Source of the DNA: an uncultured Verrucomicrobiae bacterium
GTDB lineage: Bacteria > Verrucomicrobiota > Verrucomicrobiia > Chthoniobacterales > UBA10450
Direction: 5' to 3'
DNA: 64,000 nucleotides
NCBI GenBank assembly: GCA_963756875.1
Contig: CAVWPA010000003.1
Location: forward strand, 1,440,001 to 1,504,000
The position numbers were made by a program, and so were the translations under genes. The notes below the pieces were generated by a model that saw nothing but the letters and a program-made list of their open reading frames with translations, was not told where the DNA came from and did not search any database. This document shows, piece by piece, positions 9,944 to 20,463 of this stretch. Every line of letters begins with the position of its first letter. Position 1 is the stretch's first letter.

Positions 9944-11806
9944 TTGCTCGCCCAAGTCCCGGCGGTTCTTTACGTTCTTAGAATAGAAGGGCAGAACGTC
10001 GTTCCAGTCCTGATAAGCGAAAATATTCAGCGTTTGCTTGGAGTCACCGTGGCGGAGTCGATAACGTATGAGTGGTGGTTGGATAATTTGCATCCGGAGG
10101 ATCGAGATCGGGCCGCGGGGGTGCTGACCAAAGCGCTAAAGGGCGGCGGCTATGCGATGGAATACCGGCTGCGACACAAGGATGGGAGTTATCATTGGGT
10201 ACAAGATAATAACCGCGTCGTGTGCGATGCGGGCGGCCAACCGCAACAAATGATCGGGGTGTGGACGGACATAACGGAACGAAAGCGAAATGAGGAACGC
10301 TTGCGTCAGCAAGCCGACATTATCGAGCGCGCGCAGGACGCCATTCTTGTGCGCGATTTCACCAGTGACCGCGTCGCGGTTTGGAACAGCGGTGCGGAGC
10401 GTCTCTACGGCTGGAGCGCGAGTGAAGCGATCGGCCGGCCGTTGGGTGAGCTGATTTACGACGAAGCAAACGACCGCCAGGTGCTGCTCGAAAAGTTGGT
10501 TTCGACCGGCGAATTCCGTGGTGAGATCAAGCATCGCGTCAAAGATGGACGGGAAGTGGTTGTCGATGCTCGCGTGACCCTCATTCGAAATGACGATGGC
10601 ACGCCGCTCTCGGTGCTCGAGATCAACACGGACATCACAGAGCAGAAAAAGTTAGAGAAGCATTTGCTGCGCACGCAACGCCTGGAAAGCATCGGAACGT
10701 TGGCCAGTGGGGTGGCCCACGATCTAAACAATGTCCTGGTGCCAATCTTGATGGCGGTGCCAATTCTGCGCAATGACCCGTCCCCGGAGGAAAGTGAAAA
10801 TTTTCTGAACACTATCGAATCGAGTGCGCAGCGCGGGGCAGATATCGTAAGGCAGGTACTCACTTTTGCCCGCGGCGCGGATGGCGACCGGGTCCTTTTG
10901 CAACCAATTTACCTCCTCGAAGAAATCGCGAAGATCGCGAAACAGACGTTTCCAAAGACACTGCAACTGCGAACGAGTTACGTGGAGGATCTGCGGCTGT
11001 TGGAGGGGGACCCAACGCAACTGCACCAGGTGTTGCTCAATCTGTGCCTCAACGCACGAGACGCCATGCCGGATGGGGGAACTCTGTCGCTGACGGCCGA
11101 AAATTTCGACGTAGACGAACAGTACGCCTCGATGAAGCCAGACCTTAAACCAGGTCCTCACGTCCTCATCAGCGTCATCGATACTGGCCCCGGAATTCCG
11201 CAGCATATTATCGACAAGATTTTTGATCCTTTCTTTACCACAAAAGGACCTGGTTTAGGCACTGGCCTCGGACTCTCCACGACGCTCGGCATTGTCAAGA
11301 GCCATGGTGGAGTCATCAGTGTTTATAGTGGCGCCGACGGCACGACGTTCCGTGTTTTCTTACCATCCGCGGCGGGCGTCTTCCAAGCTGACGAGACCAA
11401 GGCGCAAATGGAGGTTCCAACCGGTCACGGCGAAACCATCCTCATTGTGGATGACGAATCGGCAATTCGAGAGGTAGCAAAGGCCGTTCTTTCTAAAAGT
11501 GGGTATAAGGTTCTTGCGGCCAACGATGGCCCGTCCGCGCTCGCCCTTTTTGTGCGACAATCGAAAAAGATCGATGTGGTGCTGACCGACGTGGTCATGC
11601 CGATCATGAGTGGCTTGGTGCTGGCGCGAACGCTGCGCAAGATGGACGTCAAGGCAAAGGTCATTCTCTCCAGCGCACGGGATAGCGATTACAACCCGGG
11701 CGAGTTGACTGACATCGGAGTGCAGGGATGTCTGAACAAGCCTTATTCTCGAGAAACATTGCTGCGCGCGATTGATCGCGTGCTACACAAGGGCGAGGAG
11801 AAATAA
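9944..11806 (+). CDS. Hybrid histidine kinase PAS-PAS-HisKA-HATPase-REC (CckA-like)
   Basis: LASGVAHDLNN, QVLLNLCLNARDAM, FDPFFTTK, GTGLGL and a C-terminal receiver. Start uncertain. Confidence 0.92.
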   Translation: MLAQVPAVLYVLRIEGQNVVPVLISENIQRLLGVTVAESITYEWWLDNLHPEDRDRAAGVLTKALKGGGYAMEYRLRHKDGSYHWVQDNNRVVCDAGGQPQQMIGVWTDITERKRNEERLRQQADIIERAQDAILVRDFTSDRVAVWNSGAERLYGWSASEAIGRPLGELIYDEANDRQVLLEKLVSTGEFRGEIKHRVKDGREVVVDARVTLIRNDDGTPLSVLEINTDITEQKKLEKHLLRTQRLESIGTLASGVAHDLNNVLVPILMAVPILRNDPSPEESENFLNTIESSAQRGADIVRQVLTFARGADGDRVLLQPIYLLEEIAKIAKQTFPKTLQLRTSYVEDLRLLEGDPTQLHQVLLNLCLNARDAMPDGGTLSLTAENFDVDEQYASMKPDLKPGPHVLISVIDTGPGIPQHIIDKIFDPFFTTKGPGLGTGLGLSTTLGIVKSHGGVISVYSGADGTTFRVFLPSAAGVFQADETKAQMEVPTGHGETILIVDDESAIREVAKAVLSKSGYKVLAANDGPSALALFVRQSKKIDVVLTDVVMPIMSGLVLARTLRKMDVKAKVILSSARDSDYNPGELTDIGVQGCLNKPYSRETLLRAIDRVLHKGEEK

Positions 11807-12460
11807 ATGCGTCCACTGAGAATCCTTGTCGCCGACGATCATGAAGTGATGCGGACCGGCGTGCGGGCATTGATCGAACGTGAGCCCGGATGGCAAGTCT
11901 GCGGCACTGCCACAAACGGCCGGGAAGCGGTCGAGACCGCCAAGAAACTAAAGCCGGAGGTGGTTGTTTTAGATATGACAATGCCGGAGCTGGACGGGCT
12001 GGAGGCTCTGCGCCAGATCAAGCGCGCCCTGCCAAATACAGAAGTGGTGATCTTTAGCGCCTACCACTCGGAGGAGGTTATCGAGCAGCTATTCGATGCC
12101 GGAGCGAAGAGCTACATCCAAAAATCTGATGCCGGTCGGCATCTGGTGGCGGCGATCAAATCACTGGTCGAACATAAGGCATTCTTCACGCCTGCAATTT
12201 CTCAGGTTCTTTTCGCAAAATTTCTCTCCTCTTCTTCAGGGAAAAAACAAAATGGGCAGGAACATACCGTAACCGACCGTGAAAGGGACGTAATACGTCT
12301 TCTTGCCGCGGGTAGCAGTAACAAGGAGGTGGCCCACTCCCTGGGCATCAGTATTCGCACGGCCGAAACCCACCGGGCGACAGTCATGCGCAAGCTCGGT
12401 CTGGATTCCCTGGCTACGCTGGTTCGCTACGCGATCCGGAATAACATCATCGACGCGTGA
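11807..12460 (+). CDS. NarL/FixJ-family response regulator (REC + LuxR HTH)
   Basis: ILVADDH, VVLDMTMP, TDRERDVIRLLAAG.SNKEVA..LGISIRTAETHR. Confidence 0.95.
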   Translation: MRPLRILVADDHEVMRTGVRALIEREPGWQVCGTATNGREAVETAKKLKPEVVVLDMTMPELDGLEALRQIKRALPNTEVVIFSAYHSEEVIEQLFDAGAKSYIQKSDAGRHLVAAIKSLVEHKAFFTPAISQVLFAKFLSSSSGKKQNGQEHTVTDRERDVIRLLAAGSSNKEVAHSLGISIRTAETHRATVMRKLGLDSLATLVRYAIRNNIIDA

Positions 12461-12576
12461 ATTAAATTCACGGGTGGCGTGTCAGGCCAACCATCGGGGT
12501 CCGCCCGATTAAAATTCGCTCGCGTTCTGATTGACGCCCTTTGAATTACGAAAAGCGGCTTCGTTAGGCCGTCGGT

Positions 12577-12637
12577 TGCGGATTTCACGAAGTAAAAATG
12601 CGTAGTTTCCGCGACGGCACGCTGCATACTCGTTGCT
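12577..12637 (+). promoter_or_regulatory. Island promoter module copy (two boxes + TG-N10-GC)
   Basis: TGCGGA-TTT-CACGAA (12577), TGCGTA-GTT-TCCGCG (12599), TGCATACTCGTTGCT (12623). Confidence 0.6.
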
Positions 12638-12649
12638 GGTATATGCGGA

Positions 12650-13178
12650 ATGAGCAAAACACGCGTGCTGGTTGTTGATGGCGACAGGCGCTTTACCCGC
12701 CTGGTCCGCGTGATCCTTGAGCAGGCGGGCACTTACGAGGTAATGATTGTCAGCCAGGCAACGCACGCCGCTAAAGCCGCATTGCAATTTCAACCGCATG
12801 TGATGCTGCTGAACGTGGACATTCCGGACGAAGCGGGCGCCGACATGGCACGCGCGACAGCCGCCAGTGGGCGCCTAAGAGATATTCCCGTCATATTTCT
12901 TACCCCTCGCATCCGCCGCCGGGGAAGCTGCTACCCAGCCGCCGGAAAGTCGCGTGATGAAACGTTTAGCCAGGCCGATCGAGCTCTGCCTGCTTCTCAC
13001 GCTCGTGGCCGACGTTGTTCCAATATCAACGGCCGTCTGGACGCGACACGGACGGTCCCGTGGTCGCCAGGCATGGAGAAAATGGAAAAGCCAATATTCG
13101 ATTTCCTGGTTCACGAAAAGGTTGCTCACGCGGGCCGGGGAGGATCGGGTCGATGAAAACGATTCTTATCGTCGATGA
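12650..13178 (+). CDS. Atypical single receiver-domain protein, split by a +1 frameshift near 12904
   Basis: VLVVDGD...MLLNVDIP (Asn at the phospho-Asp position)...VIFLT, continuing in the next frame as RLARPIELCLLLTLVADV (ORF 12954..13178). Confidence 0.6.
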
Positions 13179-14865
13179 TCGCGTGACCAATCGGCGGCTT
13201 CTCCTGGCGATGTTGATACATCTTGGCCACCGCCTGCTTGAGGCGGACACCGGCGCAAAAGCGCTCAAAATGGTCCGCAAAGAAAAACCCGATCTGATCA
13301 TTGCCGACATTCTCATGCCGAATATGCATGGCTACGATTTTGTGCGAAAATTGCGCTGTGATCGCAAGATCGCGCACACGGCGGTTGTTTTTTTTACGGC
13401 CCGTTACCTCGAAGAGGAATCGCGGAAGCTCGCCAAAGTGTGCGGCGTCCACCACCTCATCGTCAAACCGGTCAGGTGGGAAGAAGTCGACAAAATCGTC
13501 AATGAGGCGCTGGGCATGCGACCGCATGCCAGCCGTCCGCTTAGAGCGCGAGATTCAGCCCGCAGGCATCTGGAACTGATTACCGACAAGCTGGCTGACA
13601 AGGTTAGCGAGCTTGAGGAAGTCAATACAAGATTGGAAATCGAGATCGCGGAGCGTAAGCACGCGGTACAAGAGTTGCAGATTGCGCACGAAGCGGCTCA
13701 CTGCGCCAGAGAAGATGCGGAACGCGCCAATTCCGCCAAAGACCACTTCCTGGCCACTCTCTCCCATGAGTTGCGAACGCCGCTGACCCCGGTGCTCATG
13801 TCTGTCACGGATTTGGAGCACGCAAAGTCCATCGAGCCGGAGCTTCGCGCGCAACTCGGTATGATCCGGCGCAACGTCGAGCTCGAAGCCCACCTGATCG
13901 ACGACTTGCTCGATCTCAGCGGGATTGCTCACGGTAAGCTTCATCTGGTCCGCTCCGGACCGGTCGATGTTCATTCACTGCTCGCTCATACCGCGGAGAT
14001 TGTGGAAAGTGATGCGCGCCAGAAATCGGTCCATTTGGAGTTTGATTTGAAGGCGAGCGCACACCATGTCGACGGCGAAGCGGCCCGGCTTCACCAAGTC
14101 TTTTGGAACCTGATAAAAAATTCGATCAAGTTCACACCGGCGGGCGGGCGAGTTACGGTGCGCACCCTCAATCCGGCGCCGGGCCAATTTGTTCTGATAG
14201 TGGAGGACACGGGCGCAGGGATCACGACGCAAACACTTCCTATTATTTTTCGCGCTTTCGAGCAGGGAGAAACGCGGGGAGCGCAAGCCGCCGGAGGATT
14301 GGGGCTTGGCCTGGCTATTTCGCAAGCGATCATTGAGTTACACGGCGGAACTATTTCCGCTGAAAGCGCTGGATCCGGCCTTGGCTCCACCTTCACTGTC
14401 GCGCTGACCACCGTCTTGCCATTTCCTGGTGCTCAGGCATCGGAAGCCGAAAAGTCGCGGCAATCTCCATCAAGCTTCCTTCGTTTGCTCGTGGTCGAGG
14501 ATCACGAGCAGACGATGGAGGTAATGGCACGGCTTCTTCGTTCGCATGGTCATGACGTGCTTACCGCTCGCACGGTGAAGAGTGCGCTTGCCCTGGCCTC
14601 CGCTCATTCCTTTGACCTGGTCATCAGTGATCTCGGGCTTCCCGACGGCAGCGGCCTCGATCTAATGCGGGAATTGGCTAAGAAATATGGGCTGCGGGGG
14701 ATCGCTGTGAGCGGTTACGGCATGCCGGAAGATCGGGTCGACACGCAGCAAGCAGGTTTTCTGGCACATTTGGTCAAACCAATCAATTTCGATCGACTTC
14801 AGAGCGTCCTTCAACAAATCCCTCCAGCCATAGAGCCGAGAGCGATTTTGAAGGCCTCGGGATAG
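13153..14865 (+). CDS. Hybrid kinase REC-HisKA-HATPase-REC
   Basis: MKTILIVDD start at 13153; FLATLSHELRTPL; NLIKNSIKFT; GLGLGLAI; C-terminal LLVVEDH receiver. Confidence 0.92.
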   Translation: MKTILIVDDRVTNRRLLLAMLIHLGHRLLEADTGAKALKMVRKEKPDLIIADILMPNMHGYDFVRKLRCDRKIAHTAVVFFTARYLEEESRKLAKVCGVHHLIVKPVRWEEVDKIVNEALGMRPHASRPLRARDSARRHLELITDKLADKVSELEEVNTRLEIEIAERKHAVQELQIAHEAAHCAREDAERANSAKDHFLATLSHELRTPLTPVLMSVTDLEHAKSIEPELRAQLGMIRRNVELEAHLIDDLLDLSGIAHGKLHLVRSGPVDVHSLLAHTAEIVESDARQKSVHLEFDLKASAHHVDGEAARLHQVFWNLIKNSIKFTPAGGRVTVRTLNPAPGQFVLIVEDTGAGITTQTLPIIFRAFEQGETRGAQAAGGLGLGLAISQAIIELHGGTISAESAGSGLGSTFTVALTTVLPFPGAQASEAEKSRQSPSSFLRLLVVEDHEQTMEVMARLLRSHGHDVLTARTVKSALALASAHSFDLVISDLGLPDGSGLDLMRELAKKYGLRGIAVSGYGMPEDRVDTQQAGFLAHLVKPINFDRLQSVLQQIPPAIEPRAILKASG

Positions 14866-14888
14866 TTCTCCGATAAAGGCCCGCTTCT

Positions 14889-14948
14889 GGTGAATTTTGC
14901 GCGCCAAAATACGTATTTCCCGCATCGGCCGGCTGCACGATCACTGCT
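14889..14948 (+). promoter_or_regulatory. Island promoter module copy
   Basis: TACGTA-TTT-CCCGCA (14910), then TGCACGATCACTGCT (14934). Confidence 0.6.
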
Positions 14949-15017
14949 CAAGTAATCGGAGCGAGGAACAGTGGACTCTTATGCGGGAAGGATTCACGCA
15001 CCCCGGCGAAAACACGC

Positions 15018-18000
15018 ATGCCCATCGCTTCCACTAATAGGAATCCATCGAAGAATCCCATTCGGGAGATCGGCCAGCAGAATTTGACCCTGAAGAAAGA
15101 TTGTGACGAGCGACTGGTCTACAACCTGGAGGAGAAGGATTCGGAACCGGAAATCGCGCGGGCGGAGTTGCTCCAGTTGCTGGCGCACACTCCAGCCGTG
15201 ATCTATCGGCTAAGAATAGATGAGGGAAGGGTGACTCCGGTAGTAGTTAGCGACAATATCGAGCGTCTGCTTGGAGTCAGTGCGGCGGAATCCTGCCGGC
15301 ACAAATGGTGGCTGGAGAGTTTGCACCCGGAAGACCGGGAGCGGGTCCTGGGCACTCTCGCTAAATCGCTGACCCGAGATGGCTATTCGATGGAATACCG
15401 TCTCCGTCACAAGGACGGCAGCTACCATTGGGTCGAAGACAATAATCGCATGATTCATGATGGCGCCGGAAATGCGACCGCGGCTGTCGGCGTATGGACG
15501 GACATCACCGAACGCAAACAGGCCGACGATCGACTCAAGGCGTCTCTAAAGGAAGTGAGTGATCTCAAGACGGCGCTGGATGAACACGCCATCGTAGCCA
15601 TCACCGACCCGGAGGGGAAAATCACCTACGTCAACGATAAGTTCTGCTCCATCTCCAAGTATTCACGGGAAGAGTTGCTCGGGCAGGATCATCGCATCAT
15701 CAACTCAGGCTTTCATTCCAAGGAGTTCATCCGCGACCTTTGGGTCACCATCAAGAGCGGCAAAGTTTGGGAAGGTGAATTCAAAAACAAAGCCAAGGAC
15801 GGTTCGTTTTACTGGGTGGACAGCACCATTGTCCCATTTCTCGACGAGCAAGGCAGACCACGTCAATACGTGGCCATCCGCACCGACATCACCGAGCGCA
15901 AGCGGGCGGAGGAGGAACTGAAATTCAAGAACGTCGTTCTGTCCGCACAACAGCAATCCTCGATTGATGCAATCCTCGTGGTTGATCAGGACGCCAAGAT
16001 CCTGTCGTTCAATCGTCGGTTTGTCGAGATGTGGGGAATCCCGTCGGAGTTGATCGAGAAGAAAGATGACAACCTCGTCCTGCAGTGGGTTGCGAACCAA
16101 CTGGCGGATTCCCCGTCGTTTCTCCAGCGCGTTCAATACCTCTACGAACACCGTCGGGAAATCGACCAGGAAGAAATCCTTCTCAAGGACGGCCGTATCT
16201 TTGACCGGTACTCGACGTCCATGTTTGGAACGGACGACCGATACTACGGTCGCATTTGGTATTTCCGCGACATCACCGAGCGCAAACGGGTCGAAGAACG
16301 GATCGAATGGCTCTCGCGGTTTCCGTCGGAAAACCCGAACCCGGTGCTGCGCGTGTCGGCCCAGGGCGTTCTGGAATACGCGAACGCGGCGGCGGACACC
16401 CTCCTCCCCACGCTGGGCGCCGAGGTTGGCGGCGCAGTCAACGCCGAATGGCAGGCGCGCATTGGCGAGACGCTTGCGAATGGGCGCCCGGTCAACATCG
16501 AGTTTCAAGTGGGAGATCGGACGTTCCGCGCAGTCCTGTCGCCCGTGGTCAACCGGGGCTACGTCAACCTGTATGCCGACGACATCACCGAGCGCAAGCA
16601 GGCGGAAGAGAAACTGCGCGCATCACAGCAGCTCATCCAGGGGATAATCGACGCGATCCCCGTGAGGGTATTCTGGAAGGACAAGAATCTCGTTTACCTG
16701 GGCTGTAACGCCGTATTCGCGCGCGATGCCGGATTTGCCGATCCCAAGGCCATCATCGGGAAAGACGATTATCAAATGGGGTGGCGTGATCTGGCGGAAT
16801 CGTATCGCAGCGATGACCGCCAGGTCATCGAAAGCGGTTGCCCCAAGCTTCTCATCGAAGAGCCCCTGACGACCTCCGATGGGAAGACCATCACGATTCT
16901 TACGAGCAAAATCCCTCTGCGCGATTCCAGCGGCGAGATCATCGGCGCGATCGGAACTTATATGGATGTTACCGAGCGCAAGCGGGCGGACGAGGCGATG
17001 CGCGCTTCGGAGATCCGGTATCGCCGGCTATTCGAGTCGGCCAAAGACGGCATTCTGATCCTCGACGCCGACACAGGGATGGTGGTGGATGTGAATCCCT
17101 ACCTGGTGGAGTTGTTGGGTTTTTCGCGCGAGGCATTTCTCGAAAAGAAGATCTGGGAGCTGGGATTCTTCAAGGACATCGTCGCCAACCAGGACAACTT
17201 CGCGGAACTGCGGCAACAAGAGTACATCCGCTACGAAGACAAGCCGCTGGAAACCGCCAACGGGAGTCGGATCGATGTTGAATTCGTTAGCAACGTCTAC
17301 CTGGTGAATGGCCGCGAGGTGGTCCAGTGCAACATCCGCAATATCATGGAACGCAAGGCGGCGGCGGAAGCGTCACGACGCCAGGAACGGCAGTATCAGC
17401 TCCTCTTCAATTCCCATCCCAGCCCCGCCTGGGTTTACGAGCCGGAGACGCTGGCATTTTTGGCGGTCAACGACGCGGCCGTGGCGCATTACGGCTACAC
17501 GCGCGAGGAATTCCTGGCCATGACGCTTTGTGACATTCGGCCGAAGGAAGACATCCCGGCGCTTCTCGAAGCGGATAAGACGCGCGCAGATGTAGCACAG
17601 GGCCGCGGTATCTGGCGGCACTGCAAAAAGAACGGCGAAACGATTCTGGCCGAGGTCTTCACCGCATCCACTCAATTTGAAGATCGAGTCGCCCGCCTGG
17701 CCTTTTGCATTGACGTCACGGAACGAAAGCGGGCTGAAGAAGAGCTGCGTGAACAGGCGGACATCATTAATCGGGCCCATGACGCGATTATTGTGCGCGA
17801 CTTTACAACCAGCCGCATTGTCTTTTGGAACGCAGGCGCAGAGCGCGCTTATGGCTGGAGTGCGCAGGAATCCATTGGCCGGTTGAGTGATGAATTCCTT
17901 TTTGCGGATCCAAAGGAATGGGAAGAGCACCTGAAAGCTCTCGTTTCAACCGGCGAATTTCGCGGCGAGCTAAAGCTAGTCAGAAAAAATGGTAAAAAAG

Positions 18001-19274
18001 TGACCGTGGATGCGCGGGTCACGATCATGCGTAACCCGGACAAAACTCCACGTTCCGTTCTTATTATTAGCACCGACATAACCGAGCAAAAGAGACTCCA
18101 GATGCAATTACTCCGGGCGCAGAGGCTCGAAAGCATCGGTACCCTGGCCAGCGGCGTGGCGCATGATCTGAACAACATTCTCACGCCGATTTTGATTTGC
18201 GCGCAGACTCTCCGCAATGGTCTGGACGGGGAAGATCGAGAATCGGCTCTCTCGCTCATTGAGGAAAGCGCTCAACGTGGCGCGAGCGTGGTGAAGCAAG
18301 TGCTTACATTTGCGCGAGGGGTCGAGGGCGAGCGCGTTTCGATCAAGCCCAGCCATCTCATTCACGAGATGGTCGATATCGCGCGGAAGACATTTCCAAA
18401 ATCGATCGAGATAACCAGCCGCTATCCGGAAGACCTTTGGTCGATCAAAGGCGATCCGACACAACTCCATCAAGTAATGCTCAATATCTCGGTCAATGCG
18501 CGCGATGCCATGCCGGCCGGGGGAAAGATCGCTTTCGCCTCGGACAATTTTGATGTCGATGAACATTACGCAACGATGTCTGCCGGGGCAACGCCCGGGC
18601 CTCACGTCATGCTGCGAATTACCGATACGGGCAGCGGCATGCCAAGAGAGACGATCGACAAAATATTCGACCCGTTTTTCACGACGAAGGAACCGGGCAA
18701 GGGGACCGGTCTGGGGCTGTCCACCGCGCTCGGGATCGTGAAGAGCCACGGCGGATTTGTTTCTGTTTACAGCGAAGTGGGCGAAGGCACGACCTTCAAG
18801 ATATTTTTGCCCGCAGAGGTGAGCGACGCAAGCTTGGTGTCGTCGAAAACGGGCGTTGCTCCCGCTGAGGGAAACGGAGAGCTGGTGCTGGTGGTTGATG
18901 ATGAGGAGAATATTCTCCGGGCGACTAAAACGGCCCTGGAACGGCACCACTATCGTGTTATCGCGGCGAACGATGGGGTGGAGGCGCTCGCGCTTTTCGC
19001 GCAACAGATGCAAGCGATCAGGGTCGTGCTCACGGACATCGCGATGCCTTACATGGATGGCGTGGCGTCAATTCGCGCGCTTAGAAAAATGAGATCCGAT
19101 GTCCCGATTATCGCGTTTACTGGAGACGCCGGACAAGCGCGTCTCAACGAGCTCCAGGCGATGAACGTCAATAGTTTTCTAACCAAGCCTTTCAACACAG
19201 AGAATTTACTCGCGGCTGTTCACACAGCGATCGGCACAACCAACAAAGTAGAAGCAGAAGTGAAAGCGACATGA
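15018..19274 (+). CDS. Eight-PAS hybrid histidine kinase (CckA-like core + REC)
   Basis: Eight PAS units, each ending in a DITERK-like motif; LASGVAHDLNN; FDPFFTTK; C-terminal receiver. PAS2 resembles NifL/MmoS-type flavin-binding PAS domains. Confidence 0.93.
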   Translation: MPIASTNRNPSKNPIREIGQQNLTLKKDCDERLVYNLEEKDSEPEIARAELLQLLAHTPAVIYRLRIDEGRVTPVVVSDNIERLLGVSAAESCRHKWWLESLHPEDRERVLGTLAKSLTRDGYSMEYRLRHKDGSYHWVEDNNRMIHDGAGNATAAVGVWTDITERKQADDRLKASLKEVSDLKTALDEHAIVAITDPEGKITYVNDKFCSISKYSREELLGQDHRIINSGFHSKEFIRDLWVTIKSGKVWEGEFKNKAKDGSFYWVDSTIVPFLDEQGRPRQYVAIRTDITERKRAEEELKFKNVVLSAQQQSSIDAILVVDQDAKILSFNRRFVEMWGIPSELIEKKDDNLVLQWVANQLADSPSFLQRVQYLYEHRREIDQEEILLKDGRIFDRYSTSMFGTDDRYYGRIWYFRDITERKRVEERIEWLSRFPSENPNPVLRVSAQGVLEYANAAADTLLPTLGAEVGGAVNAEWQARIGETLANGRPVNIEFQVGDRTFRAVLSPVVNRGYVNLYADDITERKQAEEKLRASQQLIQGIIDAIPVRVFWKDKNLVYLGCNAVFARDAGFADPKAIIGKDDYQMGWRDLAESYRSDDRQVIESGCPKLLIEEPLTTSDGKTITILTSKIPLRDSSGEIIGAIGTYMDVTERKRADEAMRASEIRYRRLFESAKDGILILDADTGMVVDVNPYLVELLGFSREAFLEKKIWELGFFKDIVANQDNFAELRQQEYIRYEDKPLETANGSRIDVEFVSNVYLVNGREVVQCNIRNIMERKAAAEASRRQERQYQLLFNSHPSPAWVYEPETLAFLAVNDAAVAHYGYTREEFLAMTLCDIRPKEDIPALLEADKTRADVAQGRGIWRHCKKNGETILAEVFTASTQFEDRVARLAFCIDVTERKRAEEELREQADIINRAHDAIIVRDFTTSRIVFWNAGAERAYGWSAQESIGRLSDEFLFADPKEWEEHLKALVSTGEFRGELKLVRKNGKKVTVDARVTIMRNPDKTPRSVLIISTDITEQKRLQMQLLRAQRLESIGTLASGVAHDLNNILTPILICAQTLRNGLDGEDRESALSLIEESAQRGASVVKQVLTFARGVEGERVSIKPSHLIHEMVDIARKTFPKSIEITSRYPEDLWSIKGDPTQLHQVMLNISVNARDAMPAGGKIAFASDNFDVDEHYATMSAGATPGPHVMLRITDTGSGMPRETIDKIFDPFFTTKEPGKGTGLGLSTALGIVKSHGGFVSVYSEVGEGTTFKIFLPAEVSDASLVSSKTGVAPAEGNGELVLVVDDEENILRATKTALERHHYRVIAANDGVEALALFAQQMQAIRVVLTDIAMPYMDGVASIRALRKMRSDVPIIAFTGDAGQARLNELQAMNVNSFLTKPFNTENLLAAVHTAIGTTNKVEAEVKAT

Positions 19275-20452
19275 ATAGGCAAATCATTGACGATCTCCTG
19301 TCGGCCATGATCGCAAGCCAGGACGGCATTTCCGATTTGCTCTTTACCGTTGGCCGGCCGCCGCTGGTCGAGGCCTACGGGGTGCTGGAAGAGTTTCCGG
19401 TCCAAACGGCGGATTCTGCTGCCTTTGGACCACAGGAAATTAGTGAACTCGTCGATCATCTTATCAATGGCGACGAGCGGCTCAGGCGGGATCTGGCCGA
19501 TTGGGGTTCATGCGACTGCGGTTACACGCTTAGGGATGTCGCCCGCTTTCGCGTCAATATTTTTAGACAAAATGGCAAGCAGGCCATCGTGATGCGCAGG
19601 CTCCAATCCGAGATCCCGACGCTCGAAAAGCTCGGGTTGCCACCGGTCTTTAACGAGATGATCAAGGAGAAAAACGGAATCATTTTCGTCACCGGTGCTA
19701 CCGGCAGCGGCAAGACAACGACCCTGGCCGCCGTGCTCAACGAACTCAATCAAACCCAGCCGATCCATATCATTACGCTGGAAGATCCGATCGAGTTTTT
19801 GCACCCGCAGCTGCGGGCGGTTTTTCATCAACGCGAACTCGGCAAGGATTTTCCTGATTTTGCCCGCGGCCTGCGGGCCGCGCTGCGCGAGGCGCCGAAA
19901 GTGATTCTAGTCGGTGAAATTCGTGATCGTGAGACCATGGAAATCGCGATGACCGCTTCCGAAACCGGCCACATCGTTTATGCTACCCTGCACACGATCA
20001 GCGCGGGCCAGACCATCAATCGGATTCTTGGATTGTTCAGCAAGGATGAAGAGCCGCTATTGCGTCAGCGGCTTGCGGATACCGTTCGTTACATAGTAAG
20101 TCAGCGCCTCGTTAGCAAGATTGGCGGGGGACGCCTGCTTCTCACCGAGATCATGGGCAGCAGTCTGCGCACGCGCGAAACCATTATTTACGGCGAGCGT
20201 GAGAACCGCACGTTCCAGGAAATCATCGAGGCAGGCACGACTTTGGGCTGGCATACCTTCGATCAATCGTTGCTCAAAGCCTACGAAGACTATCTTATTG
20301 AAGAAGGCGTGGCGCTCACCTTCTGCACACATAAACATAAGATGCAGAAAGACATCGACCTGATTAGGAAACTCAGAGACGGAATCCTGGACATGCCATC
20401 CGGACTTCAGATGGAAAGCGAACTGGGTATGCCCGCCACCTCAATCTCGTAG
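19271..20452 (+). CDS. PilT/PilU-family type IV pilus retraction ATPase
   Basis: SDLLFTVGRPP, RFRVNIFRQ, Walker A GATGSGKTTT, Asp box TLEDPIEF, ALREAPKVILVGEIRD, His box TGH...TLHT; ATGA overlap with the kinase. Confidence 0.9.
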   Translation: MNRQIIDDLLSAMIASQDGISDLLFTVGRPPLVEAYGVLEEFPVQTADSAAFGPQEISELVDHLINGDERLRRDLADWGSCDCGYTLRDVARFRVNIFRQNGKQAIVMRRLQSEIPTLEKLGLPPVFNEMIKEKNGIIFVTGATGSGKTTTLAAVLNELNQTQPIHIITLEDPIEFLHPQLRAVFHQRELGKDFPDFARGLRAALREAPKVILVGEIRDRETMEIAMTASETGHIVYATLHTISAGQTINRILGLFSKDEEPLLRQRLADTVRYIVSQRLVSKIGGGRLLLTEIMGSSLRTRETIIYGERENRTFQEIIEAGTTLGWHTFDQSLLKAYEDYLIEEGVALTFCTHKHKMQKDIDLIRKLRDGILDMPSGLQMESELGMPATSIS

Positions 20453-20463
20453 GCACTAAGAAA

